A stretch of 63,441 nucleotides of DNA, filler included, from 23 parts of 23 records of this genome joined end to end with filler, not necessarily neighbours in it; one strand, 5' to 3'; shown: positions 22,643 through 35,650, counted from the first letter of the whole stretch. Numbers and translations: made by a program. The notes: generated by a model not told the origin, from the letters alone.

Positions 22643-23992
22643 TTACTCAAACAAATTACTATGCAGTTTTTGCACCACCTGCTCGGCATCTTCGCCGGGC
22701 ACCAGGAAGCACAGGTTATGGCTGGATGCGCCATAACAAATCATGCGAATGTTGAACGGTTCCAGTACGCCGAATACCTCTTTGCCAACGCCGCAGGCTT
22801 TTGACAGGTCATTGCCAATCAACGCGACCAGCGCCAGACCTTCTTCCACCTCCACCCGACACAGTGCGGAAAGCTCCATCAGCAGAGATTGCGTCAGCAA
22901 CGTATCGCCAGTGGAGGTTGAACCGGTGGTATCAAGGGTTAATGCCACGCTCACTTCTGACGTGGTGATTAAGTCTACCGAAATATTATGCCGCGCGAGG
23001 ATGCCGAAAACTTCCGCGAGGAAACCGCGAGAATGCAGCATATTCAGGCTGTGCAAAGTGAGCAGAGTCTGATTGCGACGAAGCGCCAGAGCGCGGAACA
23101 GCGGCGGATTTTCAGTTTTATTGCACACCAGCGTACCACCTGCGCGTGGGTCTTTGCTGGAGCCGACAAAGACCGGGATATCGCTGCGTACTGCGGGTAG
23201 CAACGTTGCCGGATGCAGTACTTTTGCACCAAAAGTTGCCATCTCTGCCGCTTCGGCAAACGCGATTTCATCAATGCGTTTTGCTGCGGAAACTACGCGT
23301 GGATCGGTGGTGTAGATGCCCGGGACGTCGGTCCAGATATCAACACGAGATGCGTGTAAAGCCTCCGCCAGCAAGGCTGCCGTATAATCGCTGCCTCCAC
23401 GGCCAAGCGTCGTTGTACGACCTTTATTTTCGCTACCGATAAATCCCTGGGTGATCACTAAGCCTTCATTGAGACGTGGGAGCAGCTGCAGCGCGGCCAG
23501 TTCCGCCAGCGCGGCTATATCTGGCTCTGCACGACCAAATCGGTCGTTGGTACGCATCACTTTACGTACATCAAACCACTGTGCCTGAACATCGCGTTCG
23601 CGCAGGATCTCAACAAACAGCAGGGTCGACATCAGCTCGCCGTGGCTGACCAGCTCATCTGTCAGCGCCGGAGACGTTGCCAGCGCCGCCGCTTCTGCCA
23701 GAACAGTAATGTTCTCCAGCAGACGTTCAATCTCTTCACGGATAACGTTCGGGTAACGCAGACGTTCCAGAATGGCAAACTGGATGTTGCGGATAGCGTC
23801 GAGTTTTTCGAATCGCTCGCCAGGTTCCAGTCCTTCAGCTAAAGCGACCAGCAGATTAGTGATACCAGCAGAAGCCGAGAGGACAACTAAACGCACGTTG
23901 GCATCAGAAAGCACAATATCAGCGCTGCGGTTCATGGCGTCAAAATCAGCTACGCTGGTACCGCCAAATTTGGAGACAACAATTTCAGACAT
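22643..23992 (-). CDS. lysC: Aspartate kinase III
   Basis: MSEIVVSKFGGTSVA, 449 aa. Confidence 0.99.
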   Translation of the reverse strand: MSEIVVSKFGGTSVADFDAMNRSADIVLSDANVRLVVLSASAGITNLLVALAEGLEPGERFEKLDAIRNIQFAILERLRYPNVIREEIERLLENITVLAEAAALATSPALTDELVSHGELMSTLLFVEILRERDVQAQWFDVRKVMRTNDRFGRAEPDIAALAELAALQLLPRLNEGLVITQGFIGSENKGRTTTLGRGGSDYTAALLAEALHASRVDIWTDVPGIYTTDPRVVSAAKRIDEIAFAEAAEMATFGAKVLHPATLLPAVRSDIPVFVGSSKDPRAGGTLVCNKTENPPLFRALALRRNQTLLTLHSLNMLHSRGFLAEVFGILARHNISVDLITTSEVSVALTLDTTGSTSTGDTLLTQSLLMELSALCRVEVEEGLALVALIGNDLSKACGVGKEVFGVLEPFNIRMICYGASSHNLCFLVPGEDAEQVVQKLHSNLFE

Positions 23993-24084
23993 AACTACCT
24001 CGTGTCAGGGGATCCATTTTCAGCCTTGGCACAAGGGAAGAGCGGAAGACGGGTGGGCGCAGAGCGATACTTCGCTACTATTTT

Positions 24085-24280
24085 CACCCAGAAGTGCTCC
24101 ACCACTTGCGAAACGCCCGACTGCGAACGCTTCTGGTGACAACCCAGGGGATTCAGCCCCTGTAGCCGATGATGAACGTGGCCAGCCGTTCAATCACCTC
24201 GGCGATGCACCCCCTCAGGTGTTATCACAGGACTGGCTCCTCCAACACCGTTACTTGGGCAACGCGCCTCTTCTGGCCTG
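24085..24280 (-). promoter_or_regulatory. Lysine riboswitch (L-box) in the lysC leader
   Basis: Minus strand CCAGAAGAGGCGCG...GGAGCACTTCTGG closes P1 directly upstream of lysC. Confidence 0.92.
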
Positions 24281-24516
24281 CGCTAGCGCAGGTAGTACAT
24301 TTATAAATAAAGGGTGAGCGGGGCGGTTGTCAACGATGGGGTCATGCGGATTTTTCATCCACTCCTGGCGGTCAGTAGTTCAGCTAATAAATGCTTCACT
24401 GCGCTAAGGGTTTACACTCAACATTACGCTAACGGCACTAAAACCATCACATTTTTCTGTGACTGGCGCTACAATCTTCCAAAGTCACAATTCTCAAAAT
24501 CAGAAGAGTATTGCTA

Positions 24517-26166
24517 ATGAAAAACATCAATCCAACGCAGACCGCTGCCTGGCAGGCACTACAGAAACACTTCGATGAAATGAAAGACGTTACGATCGCC
24601 GATCTTTTTGCTAAAGACGGCGATCGTTTTTCTAAGTTCTCCGCAACCTTCGACGATCAGATGCTGGTGGATTACTCCAAAAACCGCATCACTGAAGAGA
24701 CGCTGGCGAAATTACAGGATCTGGCGAAAGAGTGCGATCTGGCGGGCGCGATTAAGTCGATGTTCTCTGGCGAGAAGATCAACCGCACTGAAAACCGCGC
24801 CGTGCTGCACGTAGCGCTGCGTAACCGTAGCAATACCCCGATTTTGGTTGATGGCAAAGACGTAATGCCGGAAGTCAACGCGGTGCTGGAGAAGATGAAA
24901 ACCTTCTCAGAAGCGATTATTTCCGGTGAGTGGAAAGGTTATACCGGCAAAGCAATCACTGACGTAGTGAACATCGGGATCGGCGGTTCTGACCTCGGCC
25001 CATACATGGTGACCGAAGCTCTGCGTCCGTACAAAAACCACCTGAACATGCACTTTGTTTCTAACGTCGATGGGACTCACATCGCGGAAGTGCTGAAAAA
25101 AGTAAACCCGGAAACCACGCTGTTCTTGGTAGCATCTAAAACCTTCACCACTCAGGAAACTATGACCAACGCCCATAGCGCGCGTGACTGGTTCCTGAAA
25201 GCGGCAGGTGATGAAAAACACGTTGCAAAACACTTTGTGGCGCTTTCCACCAATGCCAAAGCCGTTGGCGAGTTTGGTATTGATACTGCCAACATGTTCG
25301 AGTTCTGGGACTGGGTTGGCGGCCGTTACTCTTTGTGGTCAGCGATTGGCCTGTCGATTGTTCTCTCCATCGGCTTTGATAACTTCGTTGAACTGCTTTC
25401 CGGCGCACACGCGATGGACAAGCATTTCTCCACCACGCCTGCCGAGAAAAACCTGCCTGTACTGCTGGCGCTGATTGGCATCTGGTACAACAATTTCTTT
25501 GGTGCGGAAACTGAAGCGATTCTGCCGTATGACCAGTATATGCACCGTTTCGCGGCGTACTTCCAGCAGGGCAATATGGAGTCCAACGGTAAGTATGTTG
25601 ACCGTAACGGTAACGTTGTGGATTACCAGACTGGCCCGATTATCTGGGGTGAACCAGGCACTAACGGTCAGCACGCGTTCTACCAGCTGATCCACCAGGG
25701 AACCAAAATGGTACCGTGCGATTTCATCGCTCCGGCTATCACCCATAACCCGCTCTCTGATCATCACCAGAAACTGCTGTCTAACTTCTTCGCCCAGACC
25801 GAAGCGCTGGCGTTTGGTAAATCCCGCGAAGTGGTTGAGCAGGAATATCGTGATCAGGGTAAAGATCCGGCAACGCTTGACTACGTGGTGCCGTTCAAAG
25901 TATTCGAAGGTAACCGCCCGACCAACTCCATCCTGCTGCGTGAAATCACTCCGTTCAGCCTGGGTGCGTTGATTGCGCTGTATGAGCACAAAATCTTTAC
26001 TCAGGGCGTGATCCTGAACATCTTCACCTTCGACCAGTGGGGCGTGGAACTGGGTAAACAGCTGGCGAACCGTATTCTGCCAGAGCTGAAAGATGATAAA
26101 GAAATCAGCAGCCACGATAGCTCGACCAATGGTCTGATTAACCGCTATAAAGCGTGGCGCGGTTAA
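24517..26166 (+). CDS. pgi: Glucose-6-phosphate isomerase
   Basis: [12 protein letters not shown]...DQWGVELGK. Confidence 0.99.
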   Translation: MKNINPTQTAAWQALQKHFDEMKDVTIADLFAKDGDRFSKFSATFDDQMLVDYSKNRITEETLAKLQDLAKECDLAGAIKSMFSGEKINRTENRAVLHVALRNRSNTPILVDGKDVMPEVNAVLEKMKTFSEAIISGEWKGYTGKAITDVVNIGIGGSDLGPYMVTEALRPYKNHLNMHFVSNVDGTHIAEVLKKVNPETTLFLVASKTFTTQETMTNAHSARDWFLKAAGDEKHVAKHFVALSTNAKAVGEFGIDTANMFEFWDWVGGRYSLWSAIGLSIVLSIGFDNFVELLSGAHAMDKHFSTTPAEKNLPVLLALIGIWYNNFFGAETEAILPYDQYMHRFAAYFQQGNMESNGKYVDRNGNVVDYQTGPIIWGEPGTNGQHAFYQLIHQGTKMVPCDFIAPAITHNPLSDHHQKLLSNFFAQTEALAFGKSREVVEQEYRDQGKDPATLDYVVPFKVFEGNRPTNSILLREITPFSLGALIALYEHKIFTQGVILNIFTFDQWGVELGKQLANRILPELKDDKEISSHDSSTNGLINRYKAWRG

Positions 26167-26179
26167 TCATCGTCGATAT

Positions 26180-26206
26180 GTAGGCCGGATAAGGCGTTCA
26201 CGCCGC
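26180..26206. repeat. REP element, truncated
   Basis: GTAGGCCGGATAAGGCGTTCACGCCGC consensus. Confidence 0.9.
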
Positions 26207-26306
26207 NNNNNNNNNNNNNNNNNNNNNNNNNNNNNNNNNNNNNNNNNNNNTTAATTAATTAANNNNNNNNNNNNNNNNNNNNNNNNNNNNNNNNNNNNNN
26301 NNNNNN

Positions 26307-26576
26307 TGGGGGATAGTCAACCGCGTGGTTAGCCAGGCGGAACTGATGGATAACGCCCGCGAACTGGCTCAGCAGCTGGTTAACAGCGCCCCGCTGGCGA
26401 TTGCGGCGCTGAAAGAGATCTACCGCACCACCAGCGAAATGCCGGTAGAAGAAGCGTATCGCTATATTCGCAGCGGCGTGTTGAAACACTATCCATCGGT
26501 TCTGCATTCGGAAGATGCCATTGAAGGGCCGCTGGCGTTTGCCGAGAAGCGCGATCCGGTGTGGAAAGGACGTTAA
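26307..26576 (+). CDS. caiD: Crotonobetainyl-CoA hydratase, 3' end
   Basis: ...[17 protein letters not shown]; upstream of caiE. Confidence 0.93.
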   Translation, partial: WGIVNRVVSQAELMDNARELAQQLVNSAPLAIAALKEIYRTTSEMPVEEAYRYIRSGVLKHYPSVLHSEDAIEGPLAFAEKRDPVWKGR

Positions 26577-26581
26577 CAACC

Positions 26582-27172
26582 GTGAGCTATTACGCCTTTG
26601 AGGGGTTAATTCCGGTGGTTCACCCGACGGCGTTTGTCCATCCCAGTGCCGTCTTGATTGGCGATGTGATTGTGGGAGCCGGTGTCTACATCGGCCCACT
26701 CGCCTCACTGCGTGGTGACTACGGGCGGTTGATCGTGCAAGCGGGAGCCAATATTCAGGATGGCTGCATTATGCATGGCTACTGCGACACTGACACTATC
26801 GTTGGGGAAAACGGCCATATCGGGCACGGAGCGATCCTGCATGGTTGTTTGATTGGTCGCGATGCATTGGTCGGGATGAACAGCGTGATTATGGATGGCG
26901 CGGTCATTGGCGAAGAGAGCATTGTTGCCGCCATGAGCTTTGTCAAAGCGGGCTTTCGCGGCGAGAAACGCCAGTTGTTGATGGGTACGCCAGCCCGCGC
27001 TGTACGCAATGTTAGTGACGACGAGTTACACTGGAAACGGTTGAATACCAAAGAGTATCAGGATCTTGTCGGGCGCTGTCATGTATCGTTACATGAAACG
27101 CAGCCACTGAGGCAAATGGAGGAAAATCGCCCCCGTTTGCAGGGGACGACGGATGTGACGCCTAAACGGTGA
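26582..27172 (+). CDS. caiE: Carnitine operon protein CaiE (hexapeptide-repeat fold)
   Basis: [28 protein letters not shown]. Confidence 0.95.
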   Translation: MSYYAFEGLIPVVHPTAFVHPSAVLIGDVIVGAGVYIGPLASLRGDYGRLIVQAGANIQDGCIMHGYCDTDTIVGENGHIGHGAILHGCLIGRDALVGMNSVIMDGAVIGEESIVAAMSFVKAGFRGEKRQLLMGTPARAVRNVSDDELHWKRLNTKEYQDLVGRCHVSLHETQPLRQMEENRPRLQGTTDVTPKR

Positions 27173-27174
27173 TC

Positions 27175-27230
27175 TTGCCGGATGCGACCTGGTTGCTGGA
27201 TAAGATGCTACAACATCGCATCTGGCAAGC
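27175..27230. repeat. Degenerate REP pair
   Basis: CTTGCCGGATGCGA...TCGCATCTGGCAAG inverted repeat. Confidence 0.65.
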
Positions 27231-27257
27231 AGGACGCCCGGTATCAACGAGATAAAA

Positions 27258-27653
27258 TTAACGACGCATACTCTTTGACAACATCATCTGCCACTTCTGC
27301 TCGCGGTTAAGTTCCGTGAGCGGAACGGCAGGAATACGCGGCGTCTTTCTTACACCGACTAATTTTTCCCGACTGTTATTGCGCAGGCGCGCGTAAATTT
27401 GCTCATCGATATCGACCACTTTAACCAGTCGCTGACACTGGCATCCCCGCCCTTCCAGCTTATTAGGGATCATCTTAACTTCGCAGCTTATTTCTGTGAC
27501 TTCCGACAGAATATAAGTCAGGGTATTAACCGCCTTGCTGTGTTCAATATCGAAATGAATAGAGATCTCTCTTGCTATCACCCACCGATTTTCAGCCATC
27601 ATCCATTCGGCGATTAACAAGTAGAGTGGTTTTTCAACATATCCTTCACACAT
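27258..27653 (-). CDS. caiF: Transcriptional activator CaiF
   Basis: MCEGYVEKPLYLLIAEW, 131 aa. Confidence 0.96.
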   Translation of the reverse strand: MCEGYVEKPLYLLIAEWMMAENRWVIAREISIHFDIEHSKAVNTLTYILSEVTEISCEVKMIPNKLEGRGCQCQRLVKVVDIDEQIYARLRNNSREKLVGVRKTPRIPAVPLTELNREQKWQMMLSKSMRR

Positions 27654-27913
27654 ACGAACTCCAGTTTCACAAATTAAAAGTCTGGCTATGACTCGTTTTG
27701 AAGCAATTAAACAAGGCCATATTAAAATTGTGGATATATCGATAGTATGCAACTTCACCGTCGATAAGTGTGAGCTAAATCCTGCTTATGTCATCAAAAA
27801 TATCGATTCCCCAAAAGATTTACTTAATGGGCAAAAAAAACGGTCCTCATCAGAGAACCGTATTAGTTATTCGATCAAATTAGCGGATGAAAAATATCTG
27901 CCATGACACGCTA

Positions 27914-28478
27914 TTATTTGATCTGTGCGTGCATTTCCTGCACCGAAATTACTTTTTCAGTCGCATCGGCATTCAGCGCCATCGCGGTGGCAAAGCCGCC
28001 GTTCAGGGTGGTGTCGTAATGCACTTTATATTGCAGCGCACTGCGACGAATCACGCGGGAGTCTTCAATCGCACGACGGCCTGAGGTGGTGTTGATGATG
28101 TAGGTATATTCGCCATTCTTGATACGGTCCTGAATGTGCGGACGGCCTTCATGCACCTTGTTTACCAGACGCGGGTTGATACCTGCTTCGCCCAGCACAA
28201 TCGCCGTGCCGTGGGTCGCATCCAGCTCGAAGCCCTGTTTCAGCAGTTTTGCCGCCAGGTCCACCACGCGTTCTTTATCGCCTTCGCGCACGGAAAGCAG
28301 CGCACGACCGTGTTTCTTCATGGTGGAGTTGCTGCCCAGCTGCGCTTTGGCAAACGCTTCAGCGAAGGTGCGGCCCACGCCCATGACTTCCCCGGTAGAG
28401 CGCATTTCTGGCCCTAACAGCGGGTCAACGCCCGGGAATTTATTGAACGGCAGCACCACTTCTTTCACCGAGTAGTAC
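27914..28478 (-). CDS. carB: Carbamoyl-phosphate synthase large subunit, 3' end
   Basis: [13 protein letters not shown]...[12 protein letters not shown]. Confidence 0.98.
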
Positions 28479-28661
28479 NNNNNNNNNNNNNNNNNNNNNN
28501 NNNNNNNNNNNNNNNNNNNNNNTTAATTAATTAANNNNNNNNNNNNNNNNNNNNNNNNNNNNNNNNNNNNNNNNNNNNCGATTACCGTCACCCTCGCGCA
28601 TCTCACGGTTGTTCACACCCGTGTCTGTGCGTTATGTGTGTGCGTGTCCGTGCATATGTAG

Positions 28662-28837
28662 GGCTGGATCCCGTGCCCGATATCACAGTCGCTCCCGAGT
28701 ACGCACAACCGGTGCCTGCTGCTGACGTGCACATCTACCTGGCGTGTGCGTTTGCGGGTGCTATGTTGCTGCATCTCGCATACATGGTTGTGCGTGTGTG
28801 CTGGCGGCCGTCTGCCGTACGAGAGAAGGAAGAGTGA
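28662..28837 (+). CDS. Possible terminal exon of a single-pass membrane protein (eukaryotic)
   Basis: TG-rich intron-like tract ending ATGTAG, then ...VHIYLACAFAGAMLLHLAYMVVRVCWRPSAVREKEE*. Confidence 0.35.
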
Positions 28838-29737
28838 GCGCAGGATGGTAATTGAATGCGTGAGAGTTGGGGATGCGTGTGTGGTGTTTGCTGTTGTGTG
28901 TCGATATGCGGATGACTGCATGTGCGTTGGTGCTGTTTGGGTCCGCAGCGCTAGAGCACGTTGGCTGTGAGTTGTCGGCTCTGTGCGCGCTGTTGCTGTG
29001 TGCACCGATACATCCCACAAGGTGCTCGTGTGTTGACACCGGTACTGCAGTCATCCTCGTGTGTGCGCTTGACGCTGTGGAGATGGAGAATCACACACGC
29101 GTCTTGTGCATCTACGAACTCTGCGCGGGGTATACGATGCGGGGCTCGTGCTCGCGAGCAGATGACTCGTGCGTGTTGCGTGGCGGCCTGCGAACACACA
29201 ACACGGATGTTTTATGGGTACATGAAACGCAGGACTACTCATATACGAAAACTTGCTTCAGAATTGGGCGTATGTCATGTGTGAACGTGGAACACAAGTA
29301 CCCTGTGCGTGTCTAACTGCACCGCTGCCGTACTGCCTGATTTATCAGTAGAGTTGGTATAGCAGGTAAAGCTGTAACATGCGAGCCGTATTGAGCGAGA
29401 TCGTGCCATTCACACTCATGCTGGTGTTGTTACCACAAAGTCATGCCCATCCTTAACATCAACTACAAGACACTGCAGAGCAGGGACATACACGGTGAAA
29501 GAAGACTTGCGCATACACTATCTTACATAGATACAGAAAAGTAGACACGGTGACACAGAAATTGTACAGCTTCTCTTTACATGTTAACGCTTCTCCTAAT
29601 GATTGTACATACAGAAACAATACCGCAGCAATGAACGCACAGCGCAACATCGCGCGTCAAATTACACAGGTCACGGTGCTGGGATAAATACAGGAAACAA
29701 CAGCAACAACAACAAAAAACGCAATCATTTCCACTCC

Positions 29738-30133
29738 CTATTCTTGTGACTGTGCAGGATTTGACGGCGTGGACGCTGCGGGCTGATGGTGCTCGCAGTC
29801 AGGGTGATGGTGATCATGCTCATCGTCGCTGTCTGACTCGGAATCGCTTTCACCGAATTTCTTCGGCTTATGATAAATACAGCATTCTTCATATTGATCA
29901 GCGAACAAGAATATCAGGCCCCACACAATGCATACTTTTCGATTTTTTCTTCTGCATGAACTCGTTGTCGATAGCAGTAGATTCGTCCCATTTGACCTGT
30001 TGGCTATCATAAGAGTCGAAACAAATATACCAAGCTTTCATACTCCTCTCCGCGGCTTGAGCTTGATGCGAAACACAGGGGGGCGAGTTTCCACTACAGC
30101 AGCTGTTCCTGAAGTGGTTGCCTGAGCGGACAT
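29738..30133 (-). CDS. Protein phosphatase 1 inhibitor-3 (PPP1R11/Ypi1-like), 3 exons
   Basis: Introns 30043-29997 and 29935-29887. Product includes [42 protein letters not shown] (RVxW motif, DNE, CCIYHK). An upstream in-frame ATG is also possible. Confidence 0.88.
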
Positions 30134-30296
30134 ATGTACAGCGGAAATACGCGGCAGTCTGGTGGCAGCGGAGGAAGAACATCGATTTCGAAGTCCCGAA
30201 CACATTGTACCGCCAACCCTACCCTAGTCTGACACTGTCACCATCTAATGTGCAACGCGAACATTGATCGCAAAACGCATTGTTGTTATCAAAAGG

Positions 30297-30798
30297 ATGA
30301 GTGCTACATCGTGGCTGCGCGGGCCTACCGGCCCCATGACAAGTATGTGAAATTCTCCGATGATGTGAATCTCATTGTTCGGCTTTTTAGTTCATTTCTG
30401 GGCACCGGCTTTCAAGTGGGTATGTGCAACACCTTTTTTGGTCTATTACTTATAGTGTAGGGTCTTGTTGTGGCGGGCCTTGCGGATCTGCAGCGGCCTG
30501 TCGACAAGATCTCAATCCCGCAGTCAACAGGTAATGTGGCGCCTTTCTCCACGTTATGTTCTCATTTGCATACGGTTAGCGTTGGCTGCCACTGGGATCA
30601 TCTGGTCACGATATGCGACGCAGATTATCCCCAAAAACTACAACTTGCTGAGCGTGAATGTGTTTGTTGCAGCGACCGGATGTTATCAACTGTCTCGAGT
30701 TCTGCGGTATGTTGGTGTCAGAATCGCTGTGTCCATTCTTTGTTCTCATGTGTGGGTGTCGCAGAGCCAAGTACGGAGGCGACTCAACTGCAGCTTAA
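30297..30798 (+). CDS. Mitochondrial pyruvate carrier (MPC2-like), 5 exons
   Basis: Introns 30343-30390, 30420-30460, 30531-30579 and 30707-30764. Product: MSATSWLRGPTGPMTIHFWAPAFKWGLVVAGLADLQRPVDKISIPQSTALAATGIIWSRYATQIIPKNYNLLSVN...AA*. Confidence 0.92.
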
Positions 30799-31048
30799 AC
30801 GCCACCCCGTTCTGGCCTATCGATAGTTATGTTTGTGTTATTTAACGATTGTGCGTTCTTTCAATTAAATATCAGTGCTTTGTTGCGAGTCCTTTTCGTC
30901 CGTCTGTTTTCACAGCACTTCATCTGCCTTGCCAAAGTATCGGTTCACNNNNNNNNNNNNNNNNNNNNNNNNNNNNNNNNNNNNNNNNNNNNTTAATTAA
31001 TTAANNNNNNNNNNNNNNNNNNNNNNNNNNNNNNNNNNNNNNNNNNNN

Positions 31049-32189
31049 TATCAGGGACTTGTTCGCACCTTCCTTAGCGCGCCCGGATAATTTTCACTCT
31101 CCAGGTGGCTGTAAAAGAGATCCGCAAGTTCTTCATCGGATAAATCCGGGGCAATGGTCTCCTTGTGATAAAAGAGCTCGGTCATTATTGACTGTGCTTT
31201 TTTCGGCTGATGATCTTTGAGATAAGCCGATGCAACCCAATATTGCCCCCAGGGCGGAATAATTTGCCCCGTCTTTTTAATCGCTGATAGTGAGAAATAA
31301 CGTCTTTATAACGATCGCGAGTTAATAACGCGCCAAGATGATCAACCTGAATACGCTGGTACTGGGCAGTGCGGTCTGGGTTATCGTGCCACAGAATTTC
31401 TAATGCAGCGTATTGGGCGAGGGCGCGATCGGCAATGGCATAACGTTCACTTTCACTGCGCGTAGGCATAAACGACAGTCTGACCAGTTCGGCATGAATA
31501 TCAGCGCGAATATCTGGCGTTAAATTGGCATCGTCAATCGCGGCAGCAAGTTGATTATTACGTAATGCCTGCACGTATTCTGTGGGATATTGTTGCGTAG
31601 ATGCATTTTCAGGTAATGACTCTGTCATCGCCCGTAATTCATCCTGATGACGCCCCGCCAGTTTATAGATATAGGCTTCTGCGAGTAAATTGGCTTTGTC
31701 CGGTGCTCCAGAGTTAAGCTGCTTAAGTTTAACCAGCGCAGTATCATAGTGACCAGCATCTGCCAGGGTTAAAATTTGTCCCCGTTGATAATCCTTATTT
31801 TGCGGCTCCAGAGAGAGCGCCTTTTGCCACAGTGTAAGCGAGTTTTGCCATTGTTGCAGGTTACGATAAGCGACGGCGACAGCTGCATAACCACGCGCTG
31901 GTAATTGCTGATGACGGTAGCGGTTGTAAACGGTAATAACCTGTTTATCTTGCCCGGCCCATAAGGCAATCTGTAACCAGTCAGCAATTTGGTTATTGCT
32001 GAGTGCTGATTTTAGTGCAAACCATGACAAAGCTGGCTGAGTATTACCCTTGCGAGCTTCAATAATCAATGCATCATAGGCGTTATTAACAGCACTCTTC
32101 GCCGCGGGACTCGCTGCTAAAAATGCGGCAGTAAGAAGTTTCAAAGCCCATTTGGTTTTCGGGCACCTTTTTCTGCTACTTGAATACAT
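31049..32189 (-). CDS. pgaA: PGA export porin, 5' part, with 1-nt homopolymer frameshift near 31274-31278
   Basis: MYSSSRKRCPKTKWALKLL. Adding one T restores YQRLKKTGQIIPPWGQYW and the frame continues to the contig end. Confidence 0.95.
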
Positions 32190-32775
32190 CCTGTATTACT
32201 CCATGTATTGCCAAAATCTCTCTCTGTATCTAATTACAGGTAACTGAAAAGAAAGATATTTTTGCACCTCATAATCCGTTATTAAACGCGGAAGAGAGAC
32301 GTGAATTGTTGATGATGAGAAGAAGAAATGATGAGCAGAGTGTCCATATAAAATCCTTTTCTCGCCCGAAAATCCATTCCAATGATGAGGATCTTCAGGA
32401 ATACGGCATAAATCCCAATGCCTTTTTCAAAATAAATTAGGATTAAAATAATTAAATCAGTAAATTCCGATGCATGATTTCGGATTTTTCGAAAGTCCTG
32501 ATGAAAGGCTGCGCTACGGCACTCACGGATTTAATTGTTATTCCTAATGTATCTATGAATTAATGTTTTATAAGGATTTTCTATAACCATTTATAAGTAT
32601 TTTCAAGCCTGGCTTGTTGCAAACAATGTATAAAGCACTTAGGCAATAATAATTACATTCAGCAACTATCATCATCGGTATTGTTTGTGGGCGGAATTTC
32701 ATATTGACAACAGTACAGTTCTTATATCTATTAATAATAGAAAGGGATCTACAACCTACAGATTGGTGTAGCTTT

Positions 32776-33213
32776 ATGGAAAAAGACTATTTGAGAATTA
32801 GTAGTACTGTATTAGTGAGCTTATTGTTTGGGCTTGCTTTGGTTTTGGTGAATAGTTGGTTTAATCAGCCAGGCGTTGAGGAAGTTGTTCCACGATCAAC
32901 CTATCTGATGGTAATGATTGCTTTATTTTTTATCGATACTGTTGCATTTATTTTTATGCAGTTGTATTTCATTTATGACCGTAGGCAATTTTCAAACTGT
33001 GTACTTAGTTTGGCTTTTCTGAGTTGTTTGATTTACTTTGTTATAACCGTCATTATCATTCAGCAAATTATTGAGGAGCGTTTGACAAGCAGTGTTGTCC
33101 AAAATGACATTGCAATCTATTATTTGTTTCGTCAGATGAGTTTGTGCATATTAATATTTCTGGCATTGGTGAATAAAGTTAGTGAAAACACAAAACAGCG
33201 CAATTTATTTTCC
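32776..33213 (+). CDS. dgcT: Diguanylate cyclase DgcT (YcdT), 5' part
   Basis: MEKDYLRISSTVLVSLLFG; divergent from pgaA as in E. coli. Confidence 0.9.
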
Positions 33214-33313
33214 NNNNNNNNNNNNNNNNNNNNNNNNNNNNNNNNNNNNNNNNNNNNTTAATTAATTAANNNNNNNNNNNNNNNNNNNNNNNNNNNNNNN
33301 NNNNNNNNNNNNN

Positions 33314-34828
33314 TTTTTCTGCCATCAGCGCCATGAATGCGGCACCTTCCTTCCCTGACGGCGCATCGCTGGTCAGCGAATAATGTTTACATTCCAGGCT
33401 GATTTGTGCTGGTTTACTGTACGCCCCGCTGCCAAACACATTCAGGCAGAGCGTCCATGTCAGCAGTGCCAGAGATTTGTCCGGCTGTTGCATCAGCGCT
33501 GCCTGGACTGCCAGCGTGCGCTCTGAGGACATTTTCGTCAGTAGTGGCAGACTGATTTCCTCCACTGACGCTTTTTCCTGCACCTGTTCCGTGCGGTCAG
33601 CGTCGTCAGTCACGTCATCTTCACTGCGCAACTGCACACCACGCTGGACACACACATTACCGTAACGCCAGGACACCACCACGCCACTTCCGGCACGCAT
33701 CTCCGGCGTCCACGCCCTGACCTTCGCCATGCAGTCAATCAGCTTCATTTCTGCTGCCAGCAGGTCAGATTCCTCACACTGGTTTTCCAGCGCGTCGTAA
33801 CGCATCATCAGTTCGTTCAGGCGTTCTTCTTCTGCCTCCGTCAGCACCGCTTCCGGCTCCGGCAGGTTGCGGTATGCCCGGGAATCTTCACGGCACTCAC
33901 CGACAGGCTCCATGCGTCCGGCGCACCATTCCCAGCCTTCGGCTTCCCGAAGGTGTTCAGCGACAGCCTGGAGTTTTTCCAGCAGGGCGGCATCGAGCGC
34001 CACGCAGTCCACATAGCCACCCTCGTCATCGCTGAACAAATCAGTACGCAGTTCGTCAGGTGAGAAAGCATCAGCCCCCACGAAGCGGAATTTAGTGTTG
34101 TCCTTCACCGCCACTTCACTTTCCGTAATCAGATTGCGGATAACCCGCACATCCGGTTTACCGCCCCATCCTGACTGGCAGGCCGCTTCAAACACCTGCA
34201 CCTGACGCGCGGTGTCGTTCTCCAGCGCCAGCGCCTGACAGTGCTCGGTGGTGATGCGGTCTTCTGCCAGCGCATCGAGGATGACAGGCGCAAGGTCTGC
34301 CAGTTTCAGCATTCGCTGAACGTGGCGGGGCGAATAACCCAGCAAATCACCGATTTGTGCAGGTGTTTTGCCTTCCTGCGCCATTGCACGGAATCCGGCA
34401 ATCTGTTCGGCAGGGTGCATATCCCGACGATGACCGTTCTCGGTCATCGATGCGGCAGTCGCCAGCTCCTGCGGAATGACCTTCACACGGACAGGCCAGT
34501 CAACCTGAATGATGTCACGCTCTGCCAGCATGTTGAGTGCTGCCAGTCGGCGACCACCTGCGGCGACACCGTAACGGTCACCTGGCAGGGCATGAACAAC
34601 CAGATTCTGTAACAGGCCGACACCTTTAATGGAGTCCGCCAGTTCGCTGACGGACTCCGCAGAATACGGCACCGTGCGCACATTCAGCGGAGACTTAATC
34701 AGCGAGGCCAGCGGCACGCTCACTTCCTCCGTCTGCGCCAGCAGGGCCGACAGGACTGTTTCCTGCGTTTTTGCAGGTTTACGGCTGGATTTACGCTCCG
34801 TTTTTGCCTTAGACTCTGTAACTGACAT
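33314..34828 (-). CDS. F-plasmid leading-region ParB-like protein, 3' truncated
   Basis: ParB N-domain (GLLQNLVV...AAGGRRLAAL...TENGHRRDM) downstream of plasmid ssb. Confidence 0.9.
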
Positions 34829-34893
34829 AGTTAGTACCTCCCAAAACGGTAATAATGATTGTCTGCCGGACGCGTTCCCGTCCGGCACCTCTC

Positions 34894-35169
<276 letters not shown>

Positions 35170-35183
35170 TCACAGTCAGTCGT

Positions 35184-35486
35184 TCAGAACGGGATATCGT
35201 CTGAAAACCCGTAATCGTCACCCTCCGGCGGTTGCGGCTGAGGCTCCGGCTGCGCGGCCTTACGTCCACGGCCTTTCGTTTTTGCGCCACCTTTTTTCGT
35301 ACCGGCCTCCGCCTGTGGTTCCGGCTGAGGCTGACCGCTGAACTGTTGCCCCTCTTCCGGCTGAGTCTGAGCACCTGCGGCACGTACCAGCATCTGCATG
35401 GTGCCCGTGGTCTTAACAAGAATTTCGGTGACGTAACGGGTGATACCGTTATCCTCCCAGCTACGGGTGCGAAGCTGACCTTCGAT
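35184..35486 (-). CDS. ssb: Plasmid single-stranded DNA-binding protein, 3' part
   Basis: [14 protein letters not shown]...GFSDDIPF acidic tip; F-type linker sequence. Confidence 0.95.
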   Translation of the reverse strand: MEGQLRTRSWEDNGITRYVTEILVKTTGTMQMLVRAAGAQTQPEEGQQFSGQPQPEPQAEAGTKKGGAKTKGRGRKAAQPEPQPQPPEGDDYGFSDDIPF

Positions 35487-35586
35487 NNNNNNNNNNNNNN
35501 NNNNNNNNNNNNNNNNNNNNNNNNNNNNNNTTAATTAATTAANNNNNNNNNNNNNNNNNNNNNNNNNNNNNNNNNNNNNNNNNNNN

Positions 35587-35650
35587 TTATTGCAACGAAA
35601 AGCAGCGTTATCCAATGTAAATAAATTTGAGTTTTTGAGAATCGGTTCAT
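35587..35650 (-). CDS. yodB: Cytochrome b561 homologue, 5' end
   Basis: MNRFSKTQIYLHWITLLFVAI; follows zinT in E. coli. Confidence 0.8.

Noticed and set aside
25339-26115. Long antisense ORFs over pgi, wecC and other E. coli genes
   Set aside because: Shadow ORFs produced by codon bias on the opposite strand of known genes.
29738-30798. Non-standard genetic code or non-canonical introns in the eukaryote
   Set aside because: The complete gene models translate cleanly with the standard code and GT-AG introns; TAA, TAG and TGA all appear as terminators.
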